DNA of 51,975 nucleotides from Arenimonas sp. (GTDB taxonomy: Bacteria > Pseudomonadota > Gammaproteobacteria > Xanthomonadales > Xanthomonadaceae), in assembly GCA_049421545.1 (NCBI GenBank), contig JBMSNF010000001.1:1-51975 (forward strand), in the 5' to 3' direction. Positions 1 to 16,300 of this stretch are shown piece by piece. Numbering within the stretch: position 1 is the stretch's first letter; each line of letters starts with the position of its first letter. Below the pieces are notes generated by a model. The model saw only the letters and a list, made by a program, of their open reading frames with translations, was not told where the DNA came from and did not search any database. Made by a program: the position numbers and the translations under genes.

Positions 1-1607
1 TCGGAATCCACCGCCCAGTTCGGCCAGTCGTTCGAGTTGGCCAAATCGCGGCCCAGGGCGTACAGGATTTCCAGATCGCGGCTCATGCCTTCAAAGCTCC
101 AGCCCGCCTGCCATTCATCGGCCGGTTGGTGGTAGCGCAATTTGGTGTAGTCCGCCTCTTCCTGGTCACCGGCCGTCTTGCCGCCAACCAGCAGGTCATC
201 GCCGCTGCCGAAGGAAATCGCCGGCACGCCGCGCTTGGCCATCGGGAAGTGATCGGATCGGAAGAAGTGGCCGGCTTCCGGTTTCGGATCGGGCGAGTAC
301 GCCACATTCCATTTGGCGGCGGTGGCTACCAGACGATCCAGCAGCTCGAGCTTGGCATTGCCGGAAATGCTGAAGTTGCGGGCCTTGCCACCCGGGCTGA
401 GCGCATCCATGTTGATCATGGCGACGGTTTTGCCGAGCGGGAACACCGGATTGGCGGCGTAGTATTCGGAACCGAGCAGGCCTTTTTCTTCGGCGGTCAC
501 TGCCAGGAACACCACCGAACGGTGGGTTTTCGGAGCCTTGCCATAGGCACGCGCCAACTCGATCATGCCGGCAATGCCGGTGCCGTTGTCGACCGCACCG
601 TTGTAGATGGTGTCGCCTTTGGCATCGGGGGCGCCGACGCCGAGATGGTCCCAATGACCGCTGTAAATCACGGTGTGCTTCGGGTTCTTGCTGCCTTCGA
701 GGCGGGCCACCACATTCTGCGAGACGATGGTCTGCGCATCCACGGCGTAATCGGCGGTGAATGTGACGCCCTTGAGCGTGACCGGCTTGAAGCCCGGCGT
801 CTGCGCCTGTTTCTTGAGGGTGTCGAAGTTCAGGCCGGCCTGTTTGAACCAGGCCACGGCGGTATCGCGCTGGATCCAGGACTCGAGTTGCGCGTGCGAC
901 TTCTGCGGTTCCTGGCGCACGATGTCGAACATGACATTGGTGTTGGAATTCTTCACGGTCGGCCAACCGTAGGACGCCGGTGCCGTTTCATGAACGATCA
1001 TGGTACCGATCGCGCCCTGACGCGCCATTTCCTCGAATTTGTAGGTCCAACGGCCGTAATAGGTCATGGCTTTGCCGCCGAAGGCGCCCTGGCCGGTTTC
1101 GAAGTCCGGATCGTTGATCAGCACCACGGCGATCTTGCCTTTCAGATCGACGCCTTTGAAATCGTCCCAATTGCGTTCCGGGGCTTTCACGCCGTAACCG
1201 ACGAACACCAGCGGCGCATCCTTGATGGCCACCGAGGTCTGACCGTTCATGGCGGCGCGGATGGCGATCTCGTTGCCCTGCTGCAGGGGTTTGGCCTTGC
1301 CGCCGAGCGACACCGAAGCCACGACCGGACCTTTGATTTCGAAGCGTCCGAGCGGCACGGCCTGGGTCCACAGGCGCTTGCCGTTCTTGCTGTCACCGCC
1401 CGGTTGCAGACCGGCGGCCTTGAACTGTTCGATGAGATAGGCGACGGTTTTTTCTTCGCCGGCGGTATTCGGGCCACGGCCTTCGAAGGCATCCGAAGAC
1501 AGGGTCTTCACATGCTGGGAAAGGCGCTGGGCGTCGAAGCTTGGGCCATCGGCGGCGGTTGCGGCGCCGGCGGCGAGAAGGGCGATCAGGATTACGGGCT
1601 GTTTCAT
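1..1607 (-). CDS. M28 family metallopeptidase, exported; truncated at the left window edge
   Basis: Not in the ORF track because there is no stop in the window. Manual translation from ATG at 1607 (GAGG RBS upstream) gives MKQPVILIALLAAGAATAADG (signal peptide)...LSSDAFEGRGP...SGHWDHLG...NGAVDNGTG...TAEEKGLLGS...NMD...RSDHF, the M28 zinc-ligand motifs. Confidence 0.88.
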   Translation of the reverse strand, partial: MKQPVILIALLAAGAATAADGPSFDAQRLSQHVKTLSSDAFEGRGPNTAGEEKTVAYLIEQFKAAGLQPGGDSKNGKRLWTQAVPLGRFEIKGPVVASVSLGGKAKPLQQGNEIAIRAAMNGQTSVAIKDAPLVFVGYGVKAPERNWDDFKGVDLKGKIAVVLINDPDFETGQGAFGGKAMTYYGRWTYKFEEMARQGAIGTMIVHETAPASYGWPTVKNSNTNVMFDIVRQEPQKSHAQLESWIQRDTAVAWFKQAGLNFDTLKKQAQTPGFKPVTLKGVTFTADYAVDAQTIVSQNVVARLEGSKNPKHTVIYSGHWDHLGVGAPDAKGDTIYNGAVDNGTGIAGMIELARAYGKAPKTHRSVVFLAVTAEEKGLLGSEYYAANPVFPLGKTVAMINMDALSPGGKARNFSISGNAKLELLDRLVATAAKWNVAYSPDPKPEAGHFFRSDHFPMAKRGVPAISFGSGDDLLVGGKTAGDQEEADYTKLRYHQPADEWQAGWSFEGMSRDLEILYALGRDLANSNDWPNWAVDS

Positions 1608-1631
1608 GGAAACCTCACGGTGGGAGCGGCG

Positions 1632-4313
<2,682 letters not shown>

Positions 4314-4358
4314 AGCGTTTTCCAGGTTTCGTTTCGTTGTTTTGTTTTTGAGGGATTC

Positions 4359-6638
4359 TCAGGCACCGCGTTGTTCGCGGATCTGCGCTTCCACGGCGGC
4401 GATGGCGGTCATATTGACCACGCGCCGCACGGTCGCCGACGGCGTCAGCACATGCACCGGCTTGGCCATGCCCATCAGGATCGGGCCGATGCCGATGCCG
4501 TCGGTCATCACCCGGGTCAGGTTGTAGGCGGTATTGGCGGCATCCATGTCCGGCATCACCAGCAGGTTGGCGGCGCCGGTCAGGCGTGAATCCGGGAACA
4601 GGCGGTCGCGGATCTCCGGCCGCAGCGCGGCATCCACATGCATTTCGCCTTCGACTTCCAGACGCGGCGAACGCGCCAGGATCAGCTGCAGGGCTTCCCG
4701 CATCTTCTTCGCACTGGCCGCTTCCGAGGAACCGAAGTTGGAATGGCAGACCAGCGCCACTTTCGGATTGATGCCGAACAGGCGCAGGCGGAATGCCGCC
4801 TGCAGCGCGGCTTCCGCGATCTGTTCGGCGCTGGGGGAATGCTGGACATGGGTGTCGGTGAAGAACAACGGACCTTTGTCGCTGATCACCACCGACATGG
4901 CCGAGACCGCGCTGACCGCCGGATCGACGCCGATGACATCGATGACGTGTTTGAGTTTGCCCGAATATTTGCCGACGATGCCGCACAGCATGGCATCGGC
5001 TTCGCCGCGCTTGACCATCAGCGCCGCAACCACGGTACCGCGCGAACGCACGATGGCTTTCGCCGCCGGCGGACTGACGCCCTTGCGCGCCATGATCTGC
5101 AGATAGAGCTGCCAGTAATCGTTGAAGCGCGGATCGTCATCGAGGTTGGTCAGGTCGAAATCCACGCCCTGCTTCAGGCGCAGGCCGAGCTTCTCGATGC
5201 GGCGCTCGATCACCGCCGGCCGGCCGATCAGGATCGGACGGGCCAAGCCGTCATCGACCACGGTCTGCACGGCGCGCAGCACGGTTTCCTCTTCGCCTTC
5301 GGCATACACCACGCGTTTGAGATCGGCGCGGGCACGCTCGAACATCGGCCGCATCAGCAGGCCGGTGCGGTACACGAACTGCGACAGCTGTTCGCGGTAG
5401 GCATGGATGTCGGCGATCGGCCGGGTCGCGACGCCCGAGAGCATCGCGGCCTGGGCCACGGCCGGCGCCAGCGAGATCAGCAGGCGCGGATCGAACGGGC
5501 GCGGAATCAGGTAGTCGGCGCCGAAACGGGGCGTTTCACCGCTGTAGGCCGAACCGAGATCGGAGGCTTCCTTGCGGGCCAGTTCGGCGATGGCATACAC
5601 GCAGGCGCGCTTCATGTCCTCGTTGATGCAGGTGGCACCGACATCGAGCGCACCGCGGAAGATATACGGGAAGCACAGGGCGTTGTTGATCTGGTTCGGA
5701 TAGTCGGAACGGCCGGTACCGATGATGGCATCCGCACGCACCGCTTTGGCGGCATCGGGCAGGATTTCCGGATAGGGGTTGGCCAGCGCGAAGATGATCG
5801 GGCGTTCGGCCATGGCCGCGACCATTTCCGGTTTCAAAACGCCGCCGGCCGACAGGCCGAGGAAGATATCGGCGCCTTCGATGATTTCCGCCAGCGTGCG
5901 CTTGTCGGTTTTGCGCGCGTAACGGGCCTTGTCGGCATCCAGACCCTCGCGGCCCTCGAAGAGCACGCCGTCGCGGTCGATGGCGAGGATGTTTTCCGGC
6001 TTCAGGCCGAGCGCGACCAGCATGTCGAGGCAGGCGATGCCGGCGGCACCGGCACCGCTGGTGGCCAGCCTGACGTCTTCGATTTTTTTGCCGGCCACAT
6101 GCAGGGCATTGATGACGGCGGCGCCGACGATGATGGCGGTGCCATGCTGGTCATCGTGGAACACCGGGATTTTCATGCGTTCGCGCAGCTTGCGCTCGAC
6201 TTCGAAACATTCCGGAGCCTTGATGTCCTCGAGATTGATGCCGCCGAAGGTCGGCTCCATGCTGGCGATGATGTCGACCAGTTTGTCCGGATCGTTTTCA
6301 TCGATTTCGATGTCGAACACGTCGATGCCGGCGAATTTCTGGAACAGAACGCCCTTGCCTTCCATGACCGGCTTGCCGGCCAGCGGACCGATGTTGCCCA
6401 GACCGAGCACAGCGGTGCCGTTGGTGACCACCGCCACCAGATTGGCGCGGGCAGTCAGCGAGGACGCCTGGGCCGGGTCGGCCACGATGGCTTCGCAGGC
6501 GTGCGCCACCCCCGGCGAGTAGGCCAAGGCCAGATCGCGCTGGGTCACCATCGGCTTGGTGGCGCTGACCTTGATCTTGCCGTAGGGGGCCATCCGGTGG
6601 TAATCGAGTGCCGCTTGCTTGAAATCTTCTTCAGACAT
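4359..6638 (-). CDS. maeB: NADP-dependent malic enzyme with C-terminal phosphotransacetylase-like domain
   Basis: 759 aa; [31 protein letters not shown], then a PTA-like domain (VYAEGEE...GEMHVDAAL). Confidence 0.96.
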   Translation of the reverse strand: MSEEDFKQAALDYHRMAPYGKIKVSATKPMVTQRDLALAYSPGVAHACEAIVADPAQASSLTARANLVAVVTNGTAVLGLGNIGPLAGKPVMEGKGVLFQKFAGIDVFDIEIDENDPDKLVDIIASMEPTFGGINLEDIKAPECFEVERKLRERMKIPVFHDDQHGTAIIVGAAVINALHVAGKKIEDVRLATSGAGAAGIACLDMLVALGLKPENILAIDRDGVLFEGREGLDADKARYARKTDKRTLAEIIEGADIFLGLSAGGVLKPEMVAAMAERPIIFALANPYPEILPDAAKAVRADAIIGTGRSDYPNQINNALCFPYIFRGALDVGATCINEDMKRACVYAIAELARKEASDLGSAYSGETPRFGADYLIPRPFDPRLLISLAPAVAQAAMLSGVATRPIADIHAYREQLSQFVYRTGLLMRPMFERARADLKRVVYAEGEEETVLRAVQTVVDDGLARPILIGRPAVIERRIEKLGLRLKQGVDFDLTNLDDDPRFNDYWQLYLQIMARKGVSPPAAKAIVRSRGTVVAALMVKRGEADAMLCGIVGKYSGKLKHVIDVIGVDPAVSAVSAMSVVISDKGPLFFTDTHVQHSPSAEQIAEAALQAAFRLRLFGINPKVALVCHSNFGSSEAASAKKMREALQLILARSPRLEVEGEMHVDAALRPEIRDRLFPDSRLTGAANLLVMPDMDAANTAYNLTRVMTDGIGIGPILMGMAKPVHVLTPSATVRRVVNMTAIAAVEAQIREQRGA

Positions 6639-6725
6639 TTCCGCTTCCAGAATCGAGCACCGTTAGTGCTAACGCTCTATTGTACCCAATGGCGGTCGAA
6701 ACCGGCTTAATCCGGCCCTAACCGC

Positions 6726-7796
6726 TTATTTCCGCCCGAATTTATCCTTGATGTGACGCTTGACCCGGGCGCTCAGTGCCTTGTCCGAAGCGCGCCGGTC
6801 GGCCAGGGTCATGGCCGCCGCATCCCGCTCATCCTTGAGCTTGCAGTAATGCTGGTAGCGCTCCAGGGTCAGGCGGCCCTCGGTAATGGCCGCCTGCACC
6901 GCGCATCCGGGCTCGTTGCCATGGCTGCAATCGCTGAACCGGCATTGGCCGGCCAAGGTGGCGAATTCGGCGAACATGCCCTCATCGAAACGCTCGTCAC
7001 CGCTGAGCTTCAGCTCGCGCATGCCCGGGGTATCGATCAGACAGCCCCCCTGCGGCAATGCGATGAGCGCCCGATGCGTGGTGGTATGCCGGCCTTTGGC
7101 ATCGGCTTCGCGCACGCTGCGGGTCTTCATCTTTTCGGTTCCGAGCAGGGTGTTGGTCAGCGTGGATTTGCCGGCACCCGACGAGCCTACCAGTACCGCC
7201 GATTTGCCCGGGGATAAATACGTATGCAGAACGGCCGCCTCGACGGCGCTTTTGGCATTCAAGGCATGCACGGGAATGCCGCCCTCGGCCAATGCCTGCA
7301 ATTGGCTGATGTAAAACCCGGGATCGCCGCACTTGTCGAGCTTGGTCAGTACCAGCACCGGCTTGGCGCCCGAAGCGGCAATCAACAGCAGATAGCGCTC
7401 GATGCGCTTGGCATTGAAATCCGCATCCATGCCGCTCACCAAGAGCACATGATCGATGTTGGCGGCGATCAATTGCTGCTGGAAATGCTCGCCGGCGGCG
7501 GCGCGTTTGAGCAAAGCATGGCGCGGCAGCAGCCCGAGAATCTGCTTGCCGGCGGCATCCAGCGCGACCCAGTCGCCGACCACGGCCCGCAACTCGGGAT
7601 CGGTGCGCGGCCGCAGCCAGCCGGCCGGCGCCTGCGCACGGAAACTGTGTTCGGGATGTTGGGCCAATTCATAGCCGCTGCGATGCTGGGCGACCACACG
7701 CGCCAGTTGCGCGCCGGGCCAGGGCGCCAAAGCCTCGGCAATGGATTGGGACGGCGGCCAACCGATGGCACCGAAATCGAAACGGAGATCGGTCAC
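6726..7796 (-). CDS. rsgA: Ribosome small subunit-dependent GTPase A
   Basis: Circularly permuted GTPase: TKLD, GSSGAGKST, GRHTTT, DTPG, and zinc finger CRFSDCSHGNEPGC. Confidence 0.95.
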   Translation of the reverse strand: MTDLRFDFGAIGWPPSQSIAEALAPWPGAQLARVVAQHRSGYELAQHPEHSFRAQAPAGWLRPRTDPELRAVVGDWVALDAAGKQILGLLPRHALLKRAAAGEHFQQQLIAANIDHVLLVSGMDADFNAKRIERYLLLIAASGAKPVLVLTKLDKCGDPGFYISQLQALAEGGIPVHALNAKSAVEAAVLHTYLSPGKSAVLVGSSGAGKSTLTNTLLGTEKMKTRSVREADAKGRHTTTHRALIALPQGGCLIDTPGMRELKLSGDERFDEGMFAEFATLAGQCRFSDCSHGNEPGCAVQAAITEGRLTLERYQHYCKLKDERDAAAMTLADRRASDKALSARVKRHIKDKFGRK

Positions 7797-8680
7797 GCGT
7801 CCAATGCCTTCCAGGCCATCGGCAGCGCGTCCAGCACGTCACCGGCGGTCATGCCCGGGGCGGTCAGGGCCTCGCAGGCCAATTCACCGGCCACGCCGTG
7901 CAGCCAGACCCCGAAGCGCGCGGCGTCAAAGGGGGCAATCCCCTGGGCGGCAACCGCGCCAATCACCCCGGAAAGCACATCGCCGGTGCCGGCGGTGGCC
8001 AGGCCCGGTCCGCCGCTGCTGTTGAGTTCCTGGCGGCTGCCATCCGTAATCCGGCTGCGATGCCCTTTCAAGACAAGCACGGCATGCCGGCTGCGGGCAT
8101 AGGCATCGACCGCGGCATCGAACTCGGGACGACCGTTCGGTGTGCCGGCATGCAGGCGGCGCATTTCGCCGGCGTGCGGGGTGAGGATGCGGGGTCCGGC
8201 CGGAATCTTCAAGCGCTCTTCCGGCAATTCGGCCAAGGCATTCAAGCCATCGGCATCCAGCAGCAGCGTGCGTGGAAAATCCCGCCATAGCGCCAGCACC
8301 AGATCCAGCAAGGCGGGTGAACGGCCCATGCCCGGACCGCAGACCACCACATCGGCGTGCTGCACCAGGGCCAGCAGGGCATTGACCGCGCTGGCATCGA
8401 AACTGCCGCTGACCGACTCGGGCAGGCCATGCACGATCAAGGCCGGATCGAATCCGGCCACCGTCGCGGCCACCGACTGCGGCACGCAGACTTCCACCAG
8501 TCCGGCACCTCCGCGCAGGGCCGCCATGCCGGCCAAGGCCGGGGCACCGGCCATCGTGCGGCTGCCACCGATCACCAACACCCGGCCGAAATCGTACTTG
8601 TGGCAATCGGCTGGACGATGCAGCAGACGCTTGGCGACGGCGAGCAGATCGGACGGCAGGGGAGTCATCGCTTCAGACAT
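7793..8680 (-). CDS. nnrD: ADP-dependent NAD(P)H-hydrate dehydratase (stand-alone, no epimerase domain)
   Basis: HKYDFGRVLVIGGS...GA..LAGMAALRGGAGLV, GPGMG, LLDADGL, TPHAGE, LATAGTGDVLSG. Start set at MSEAM (8680) because the longer ORF overlaps the divergent SGNH gene. Confidence 0.9.
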   Translation of the reverse strand: MSEAMTPLPSDLLAVAKRLLHRPADCHKYDFGRVLVIGGSRTMAGAPALAGMAALRGGAGLVEVCVPQSVAATVAGFDPALIVHGLPESVSGSFDASAVNALLALVQHADVVVCGPGMGRSPALLDLVLALWRDFPRTLLLDADGLNALAELPEERLKIPAGPRILTPHAGEMRRLHAGTPNGRPEFDAAVDAYARSRHAVLVLKGHRSRITDGSRQELNSSGGPGLATAGTGDVLSGVIGAVAAQGIAPFDAARFGVWLHGVAGELACEALTAPGMTAGDVLDALPMAWKALDA

Positions 8681-8770
8681 GTACCTATGGTAACGGCATT
8701 CGCGCCCGGTGTTCATTCCACGGCGATTCCCGTTATCATCGGCGGACTGACTGATGACCAAGGTAGATGA

Positions 8771-9379
8771 ATGCTGCACCTTCTTGCCCTCGGCGACTCC
8801 TACACCATCGGTGAAGCCGTTCCACCCGAGCAGCGCTGGGTGGAGCAGTGGGCCGGACTGATGCAGGCCGAAGGCCATGCGATTGCCCGTCCGGTCCGCG
8901 TGATCGCCCAAACCGGCTGGACCACCGATGAGCTGGCCCAGGCCATCATCGAGGCCGAACCGATCGGATCCTGGGACCTGGTGACACTGCTGATCGGCGT
9001 CAACAATCAATACCGCGGGCGCGATCTAGAGAATTTCCGCAGGGAATTCAATACCCTGCTCGATACTGCCAGTGCCGCGGCCGGCCATCGCCCCGAGCGT
9101 GTGCAGGTCCTGTCGATTCCCGACTGGGGGCAAACACCGTTCGGCGCGGCTTGCGGCCGGGACCTGAGTCAGGTCGGTGCCGAAATCGATGCCTTCAACG
9201 GCGTCATCGCCGGGGTGTGCGGCGAACGCGGCATCGCCCTGCTCGACATCACCGGTCTGACCCGACGGCACAGTGCCGATTCCCGCATGCATGCCGAAGA
9301 CGGCCTGCACCCCTCGGCGGCCATGTATCGCTTATGGGCCGAGGCTTTGCTTTGCACTGGAAAGTTCGGTAGATTGTAG
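8771..9379 (+). CDS. SGNH/GDSL hydrolase
   Basis: ALGDSYT (block I), GWTT, LIGVNN (block III), DGLHPS (block V). Confidence 0.9.
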   Translation: MLHLLALGDSYTIGEAVPPEQRWVEQWAGLMQAEGHAIARPVRVIAQTGWTTDELAQAIIEAEPIGSWDLVTLLIGVNNQYRGRDLENFRREFNTLLDTASAAAGHRPERVQVLSIPDWGQTPFGAACGRDLSQVGAEIDAFNGVIAGVCGERGIALLDITGLTRRHSADSRMHAEDGLHPSAAMYRLWAEALLCTGKFGRL

Positions 9380-9406
9380 TCATGCGTGAAAGGAGGGTTT
9401 CGCCGC

Positions 9407-9727
9407 ATGAGATTACCCATAGTTATGATGACCGCGATTTGCCTCGGTGCCTGCAGTGGCGGTGGCGGTGCATCGAATTCACCGAAAGAACGGGCGGCTG
9501 CAGCCTGCGAAGCCGAGGCCAAAGTACGCATCGGTGAAAAAACCTATCAGCTCGACATCGCGGCCTTGGCGCAGAGCGCCAAACTCGAGGACGATGTCTG
9601 GGCCATGCAGGCTCCGATCGTGATCGAGCCGGGGCTGCGCGACGAGGCCAAGCAGACGCTTGAATGCAAAGTGCGCGTGCAGGACGGCAAGCCGGATGAA
9701 GTGACCTACATCAACTTCATTTTTTAA
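9407..9727 (+). CDS. Hypothetical lipoprotein
   Basis: AGGAGG RBS at 9391-9396; lipobox CLGAC followed by a Gly/Ser linker; two further Cys. Confidence 0.75.
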   Translation: MRLPIVMMTAICLGACSGGGGASNSPKERAAAACEAEAKVRIGEKTYQLDIAALAQSAKLEDDVWAMQAPIVIEPGLRDEAKQTLECKVRVQDGKPDEVTYINFIF

Positions 9728-9747
9728 TCCTTTTCCGCATGCAAACG

Positions 9748-9774
9748 AAACCCCCGCCGAAGCGGGGGTTTTTT
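9748..9774. terminator. Intrinsic terminator, probably bidirectional
   Basis: AAACCCCCGC-CGAA-GCGGGGGTTT hairpin followed by a T-run on +, between convergent lipoprotein and amn genes. Confidence 0.8.
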
Positions 9775-9791
9775 CATCCCTGCCGCGCCGC

Positions 9792-10565
9792 TTAATCGAA
9801 GCGCAGGTGCTTGACCGATTTGCCGTGACGACGGATCAGCTTGAGGGCTTCGATGCCGATGGTGATGTGGCGCTCGACGAAATTCTCGGTGACCTTGCGG
9901 TCCGAAGCCTCGGTCTTGACACCTTCCGGCACCATCGGCTGGTCGGACACCAGCAGCAGGGCGCCGCAGGGAATCGAATTGGCGAATCCGGCGGCGAAGA
10001 TGGTGGCGGTTTCCATGTCGATGGCCATGCAGCGCAGCTTGCGCAGATAGCTCTTGAATTCCTCGTCGTGCTCCCAGACCCGGCGGTTGGTGGTGTAGAC
10101 GGTGCCGGTCCAGTAGTCGTGGTCGAGATCGCGGATCATGGTGGAGATCACGCGCTGCATGGCGAATGCCGGCAGGGCCGGCACTTCGGGGAGCAGATAA
10201 TCGTTCGAGGTGCCCTCGCCGCGGATGGCGGCGATCGGCAGAATCAGATCGCCGAGCTGGTTTTTCCTTTTCAGACCGCCGCATTTGCCCAGAAACAGCA
10301 CGGCTTTCGGCGGCAAGGCGCTCAACAGGTCCATCATGGTGGCGGCATTGGCCGAACCCATGCCGAAATTGATCATGGTGATGCCGTCGAAGGTGGCGCT
10401 GGGCATCGGCTTGTCACGGCCCACCACTTCGGCACCGGTCAACCGGGCGAAGGTATCGAGATAGCCGCCGAAGTTGGTCAGCAGGATGTGCCCGCCGAAG
10501 TCCTCGAGCGCCAGCCCGGTATAGCGCGGCAGCCAGTTGCTGACGATTTCCTGTTTGTCTTTCAT
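9792..10565 (-). CDS. amn: AMP nucleosidase, short type (PNP/UDP phosphorylase fold)
   Basis: 257 aa; NWLPRYTG, ILLTNF, FGMGSANA, FLGKCGG, AIDMETAT, LLLVSDQP. Confidence 0.88.
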   Translation of the reverse strand: MKDKQEIVSNWLPRYTGLALEDFGGHILLTNFGGYLDTFARLTGAEVVGRDKPMPSATFDGITMINFGMGSANAATMMDLLSALPPKAVLFLGKCGGLKRKNQLGDLILPIAAIRGEGTSNDYLLPEVPALPAFAMQRVISTMIRDLDHDYWTGTVYTTNRRVWEHDEEFKSYLRKLRCMAIDMETATIFAAGFANSIPCGALLLVSDQPMVPEGVKTEASDRKVTENFVERHITIGIEALKLIRRHGKSVKHLRFD

Positions 10566-10667
10566 GGATTCTCCTTTGCACTATTGTGCCATGCACCGGC
10601 TTTCCGGTAAAAATTCTTGGCAGACGGCGCCATCTGCTATACGGTATCCGTTCAACCGGAGATTCCC

Positions 10668-12043
<1,376 letters not shown>

Positions 12044-12047
<4 letters not shown>

Positions 12048-13297
12048 GCCGTCGCATCGTTTTCTTCGGCCTGATGGCCCTCGCTTTCGGCGCCCAGGCG
12101 CAGAACGTTCTCATCCGCAACGCCACCGTGCATACCGCCGGCGCGCAGGGCACCCTGCAGAACGCCGACGTGCTGGTGCAGGGCGGCATCATCCGCGCGG
12201 TCGGCCGCAACCTGGCCAACAGCGGCAATGTCCCGGTCATCGATGCCAAGGGCAAGCCGCTGACACCGGGACTGTTCGGCGGCATCACCGACATCGGTTT
12301 GGAAGAAATCAGCCAGGAAGACACCACTGTTGATGCCAACCTGAATCTGAAAACCGGCGACTCCGGGCTGATCGAAACCCTGCGTCCGGAATTCGATGCC
12401 ACCCGCGCGTACAACCCGCGTTCGACCCTGCTGGCCATCGCACGCGTAGGCGGCATGAGCTTCACCGCGCTGGATGCCGGCGGCAGTCTGTTGCCGGGCC
12501 AGGGCGGCGTGATGCGTCTTGACGGCGGTTTCGAGCCGCTGCGCCGGACACCGTACATCCACATCGGCAACGGCATGCTGAGCGAAAGCGGTTCCAGCCG
12601 CGCGGGCCAGTTCATGCTGTTGGAACAGGCCTTTGCCGAAGCCAAAGCACCGGTCGCCGGTGATCCGCGCCTGCTGACAGCGGCCGGGCGCAATGCCTTG
12701 AATTCGGCATCGCTCGGCAACCGCTTTCTGGTATCGGTGAACCGCGAAGCCGATATCCGGCAGGTCCTGAAGCTGTCGGCGAAAACCGGCATCCGCATCG
12801 CCATTGTCGGCGGCGCCGAAGCCTGGCGTGTCGCCGATGCCCTGGCGTCGGCGAAGGTGCCGGTGTTCCTGGATGCCATGGACAACCTGCCCAACACTTT
12901 CGAACAGATCGGCGCCAGCGAAGAAAACGCCGCACGCCTGCACCGTGCCGGCGTCAGCGTCAGTTTCATCAACGGCAATGACGCCTCGCACAACGCGCGC
13001 AAGGTCCGTCAGATCGCCGGCGTCGCGGTGTCAAACGGCCTGCCTTGGGAAGCCGGTCTGGCCGGCATCACCTCGGCACCGGCGAAGGCGCTCGGGGTGG
13101 ACACCAAGATCGGCAGCATCGAAGTCGGCAAAACCGCCGATCTGGTGCTGTGGACCGGCGATCCTTTGGATGTGGCTTCGACGGCATCGATGATGTGGCT
13201 GGCCGGAAAAAACACGCCGCTGGTATCGCGCCAGACCCTGCTGCGCGACCGCTATCTGGCACCGGAAGGCAGTCTGCCGCGCGCTTATCAACCCTGA
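12044..13297 (+). CDS. Exported amidohydrolase-fold protein with degenerate metal site
   Basis: ATGA overlap with the previous gene; signal peptide; amidohydrolase N- and C-terminal sandwich (IDAKGKPLTPGL, GSIEVGKTADLVLW), but GGITDIG where DxHxH is expected. Confidence 0.85.
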
Positions 13298-13307
13298 GGA
13301 ATTCCGC

Positions 13308-16300
13308 ATGACCATCAAACCGCTGGCGCTGATCTGCAGCGCCCTGTTGCTCAGTCCGTTGGCGGCCGCCGACAAGCCGACCTGGGATGTTTCCGCCGAT
13401 CACGGCAAAACCAAAACCGTGCGCTTCACCACCGATGAGGGCACGTGGCTGGATCTCGACGTCAGTCCGGACGGCAGACGCATCGTGTTCTCGATGATGG
13501 GCGACATCTATCTGCTGCCGATTTCGGGCGGCACGGCCCAGCGCATCAGTTCCGGCCCGGCCTGGGATGTGCAACCGCGCTTCTCGCCGGACGGCCGGGA
13601 AATCGCCTTCACTTCCGACCGTGGCGGCGGCAACAACCTCTGGCGCATGGCGGCCGACGGCAGCAACGCCGTGCAGGTGACCAAGGAGAATTTCCGGCTG
13701 TTCAACAATCCGGTATGGACGCCCGACGGCCAGTACCTGATCGGCCGCAAGCATTTCACTTCGGGTCGTTCGCTCGGCGCCGGCGAGCTGTGGATGACCC
13801 ACCGCAACGGTGGCGAGGGCCTGCAGCTGACCAAGCGCCGCAACGACCAGATGGATCTGGGCGAACCGGCGGTCAGCCCCGATGGCCGTTATGTGTATTA
13901 CTCGGAAGACGTCAGCCCCGGCAGCTCCTTTGAATACAACAAGAACGTGCATGGGGTGATTTACGCCATCAAACGGCTCGACCGCGAGACCGGCGACATC
14001 GATACGCTGGTGAATACGCCCGGCGGCGCCATCCGGCCGCAGCCCTCGCCCGACGGGAAACGCCTGGCTTTCGTGAAGCGCGTGCGTGACAAGACCGTGT
14101 TGCATGTGCTCGATCTCAAATCCGGCAAAGTGACGCCGGTCTGGGACGGCCTCTCGCATGACATGCAGGAGGTCTGGGCGATTTTCGGTCCCTACGCCAA
14201 TTTCAACTGGACGCCGGATTCGCAATCGGTGGTGATCTGGGCGCAGGGCAAGCTCTGGCGCGTCGACATGGCCAGTGGCAAACCGAGTCCGATCGCGTTC
14301 AGTGCCGAAGTGCAGCAGAAACTGACCGCGCCGATCCGCTTCAGCCACACGCTGGAAGGCGACAGCTTCACTCCGAAAATGCTGCGGGATGTGGCGACCT
14401 CGCCGGACGGCAAGACCGTGGTGTTCCATGCCGTCGGCCATCTCTGGAAACGCAATCTGCCGGGCGGTGCGATCACTCGCCTGACCGCTGAAAGCACCGC
14501 TTTCGAATACCAGCCGCACTTCAGTCGCGACGGTCGCAAACTGCTGTACACGAGTTGGAGCGACAAAAACCAGGGCAGCATCCGCGAAATCGATCTGGTC
14601 AGCGGCAGCATCCGCACGCTCAGCGACGAACCCGGCTTTTATTACCAGCCGAAGTGGTCGCCGGACGGCAAGTATCTGGTGTTCATCAAAGACGGCGGCG
14701 GCAGTCTGACCGGCAGCCTGAATACCGGCACCCCCGGTATCTACATCACGCCGACCGCGGCATGGGCACCGCAGAAAATCGCCGACGGCGGCGAGCCGCA
14801 GTTCACGCCGGATTCGAAAGCGCTGCTGTACATGAGCGGCGGCGGACTTTCCAAAAAGGTGAACCGTATCGGTCTGCATGGCGAGGACAAACGCGAAATC
14901 CTGAGCCTGAAATACGCCGATTCGGTGCAGCTGAGCCCGGATGGCAAACATGTCGCGTTCACCGAGCTGTTCAATGCCTATGTCGCGCCGCTGCCCGCCT
15001 ATGGCGGCACCATCGAACTGAGCAAGGACAGCACGGCCGTGCCGGTCACCAAACTGACCAGCAGCGCCGGCCCGTATCTGCACTGGTCGGATGCCGACAG
15101 CGTGCACTGGATGCTGGGCAACCAGTACTACACGCGTGATATCAAACCCGGATCCTCGCCGGCAGCGACCTCCATGGCCTTCAGCGTGCCGAGTGACCGG
15201 CCGACCGATACCGTGGCCTTCACCGGCGCCCGCATCATCACCATGAAGAATGCCGAACGCCAGCAGGAAGTCATCGAGAACGGCACCGTGCTCGTGCAGG
15301 GCGACAAAATCACCGCCGTCGGCGCCAATGTGGCGGTGCCGGCCGGTGCGCGCGTCATCGATGCCCGCGGCAAGACCATCTTCCCGGGCATCGTGGATGC
15401 GCACGCACATGCCGCGCACTTCGGCGGCGGCGTGGTGCCGCAGCAGAACTGGGCCTACTACGCCAATCTCGCGTTCGGCATTACCACCATGCACGATCCG
15501 TCGGCGACCTCGGAAACGGTGTTCTCGCAGGCCGAATTGCAGAAAGCAGGCACCCTGGTCGGTCCGCGCGTGATGTCGACCGGCACCATCCTGTACGGTG
15601 CCGACGGCGACTTCAAGGCGGTCATCAACTCCATCGACGACGCCCGCAACACCATCGCGCGCATGAAAGCGCTCGGCGCCTTCAGCGTGAAAAGTTACAA
15701 CCAGCCACGCCGTGACCAACGCCAGCAGATCAACCAGGCCGCGCGCGAGCAGGGCATGCTGGTGGTCGAGGAAGGCGGCTCCACCTTCAACCACAACATG
15801 ACCATGATGCTCGACGGCGTTACCGGCATCGAACACAACATTCCGGTCGCGCCGCTCTACAAGGACGTGATCGACACCTGGAAGGCCACCGATGTGCGCA
15901 ACACGCCGACGCTGGTGGTCAACTACGGCGGCCTGAATGCCGAGTACTGGTGGTACGACAAGATGAACATCTGGGAAAACCAGCGCTTCCTGAATTTCTA
16001 TCCGCGCGAAGCCCTGGATGCCCGTTCGATCCGCCGTGAAACCGCGCCGGATTGGGACTACTACCACATCAAGGTGGCGCAGCAGGCCAAACGCCTGCGC
16101 GATGCCGGCATCAAGATCCAGGTCGGCGGCCACGGCCAGATGCAGGGATTGTCGCCGAACTGGGAAATCTGGTCGCTGGTGCAGGGCGGCTTCTCGCCCT
16201 GGGAGGCCCTGCGCGCCGCCACCATCGACGGCGCCGATTATCTGGGCTTCAGCGCCGAAATCGGCTCGCTGGAAGCGGGCAAGCGCGCCGATCTGGTCAT

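Noticed and set aside
4638-6710. 690 aa plus-strand ORF
   Set aside because: Antisense shadow of maeB.
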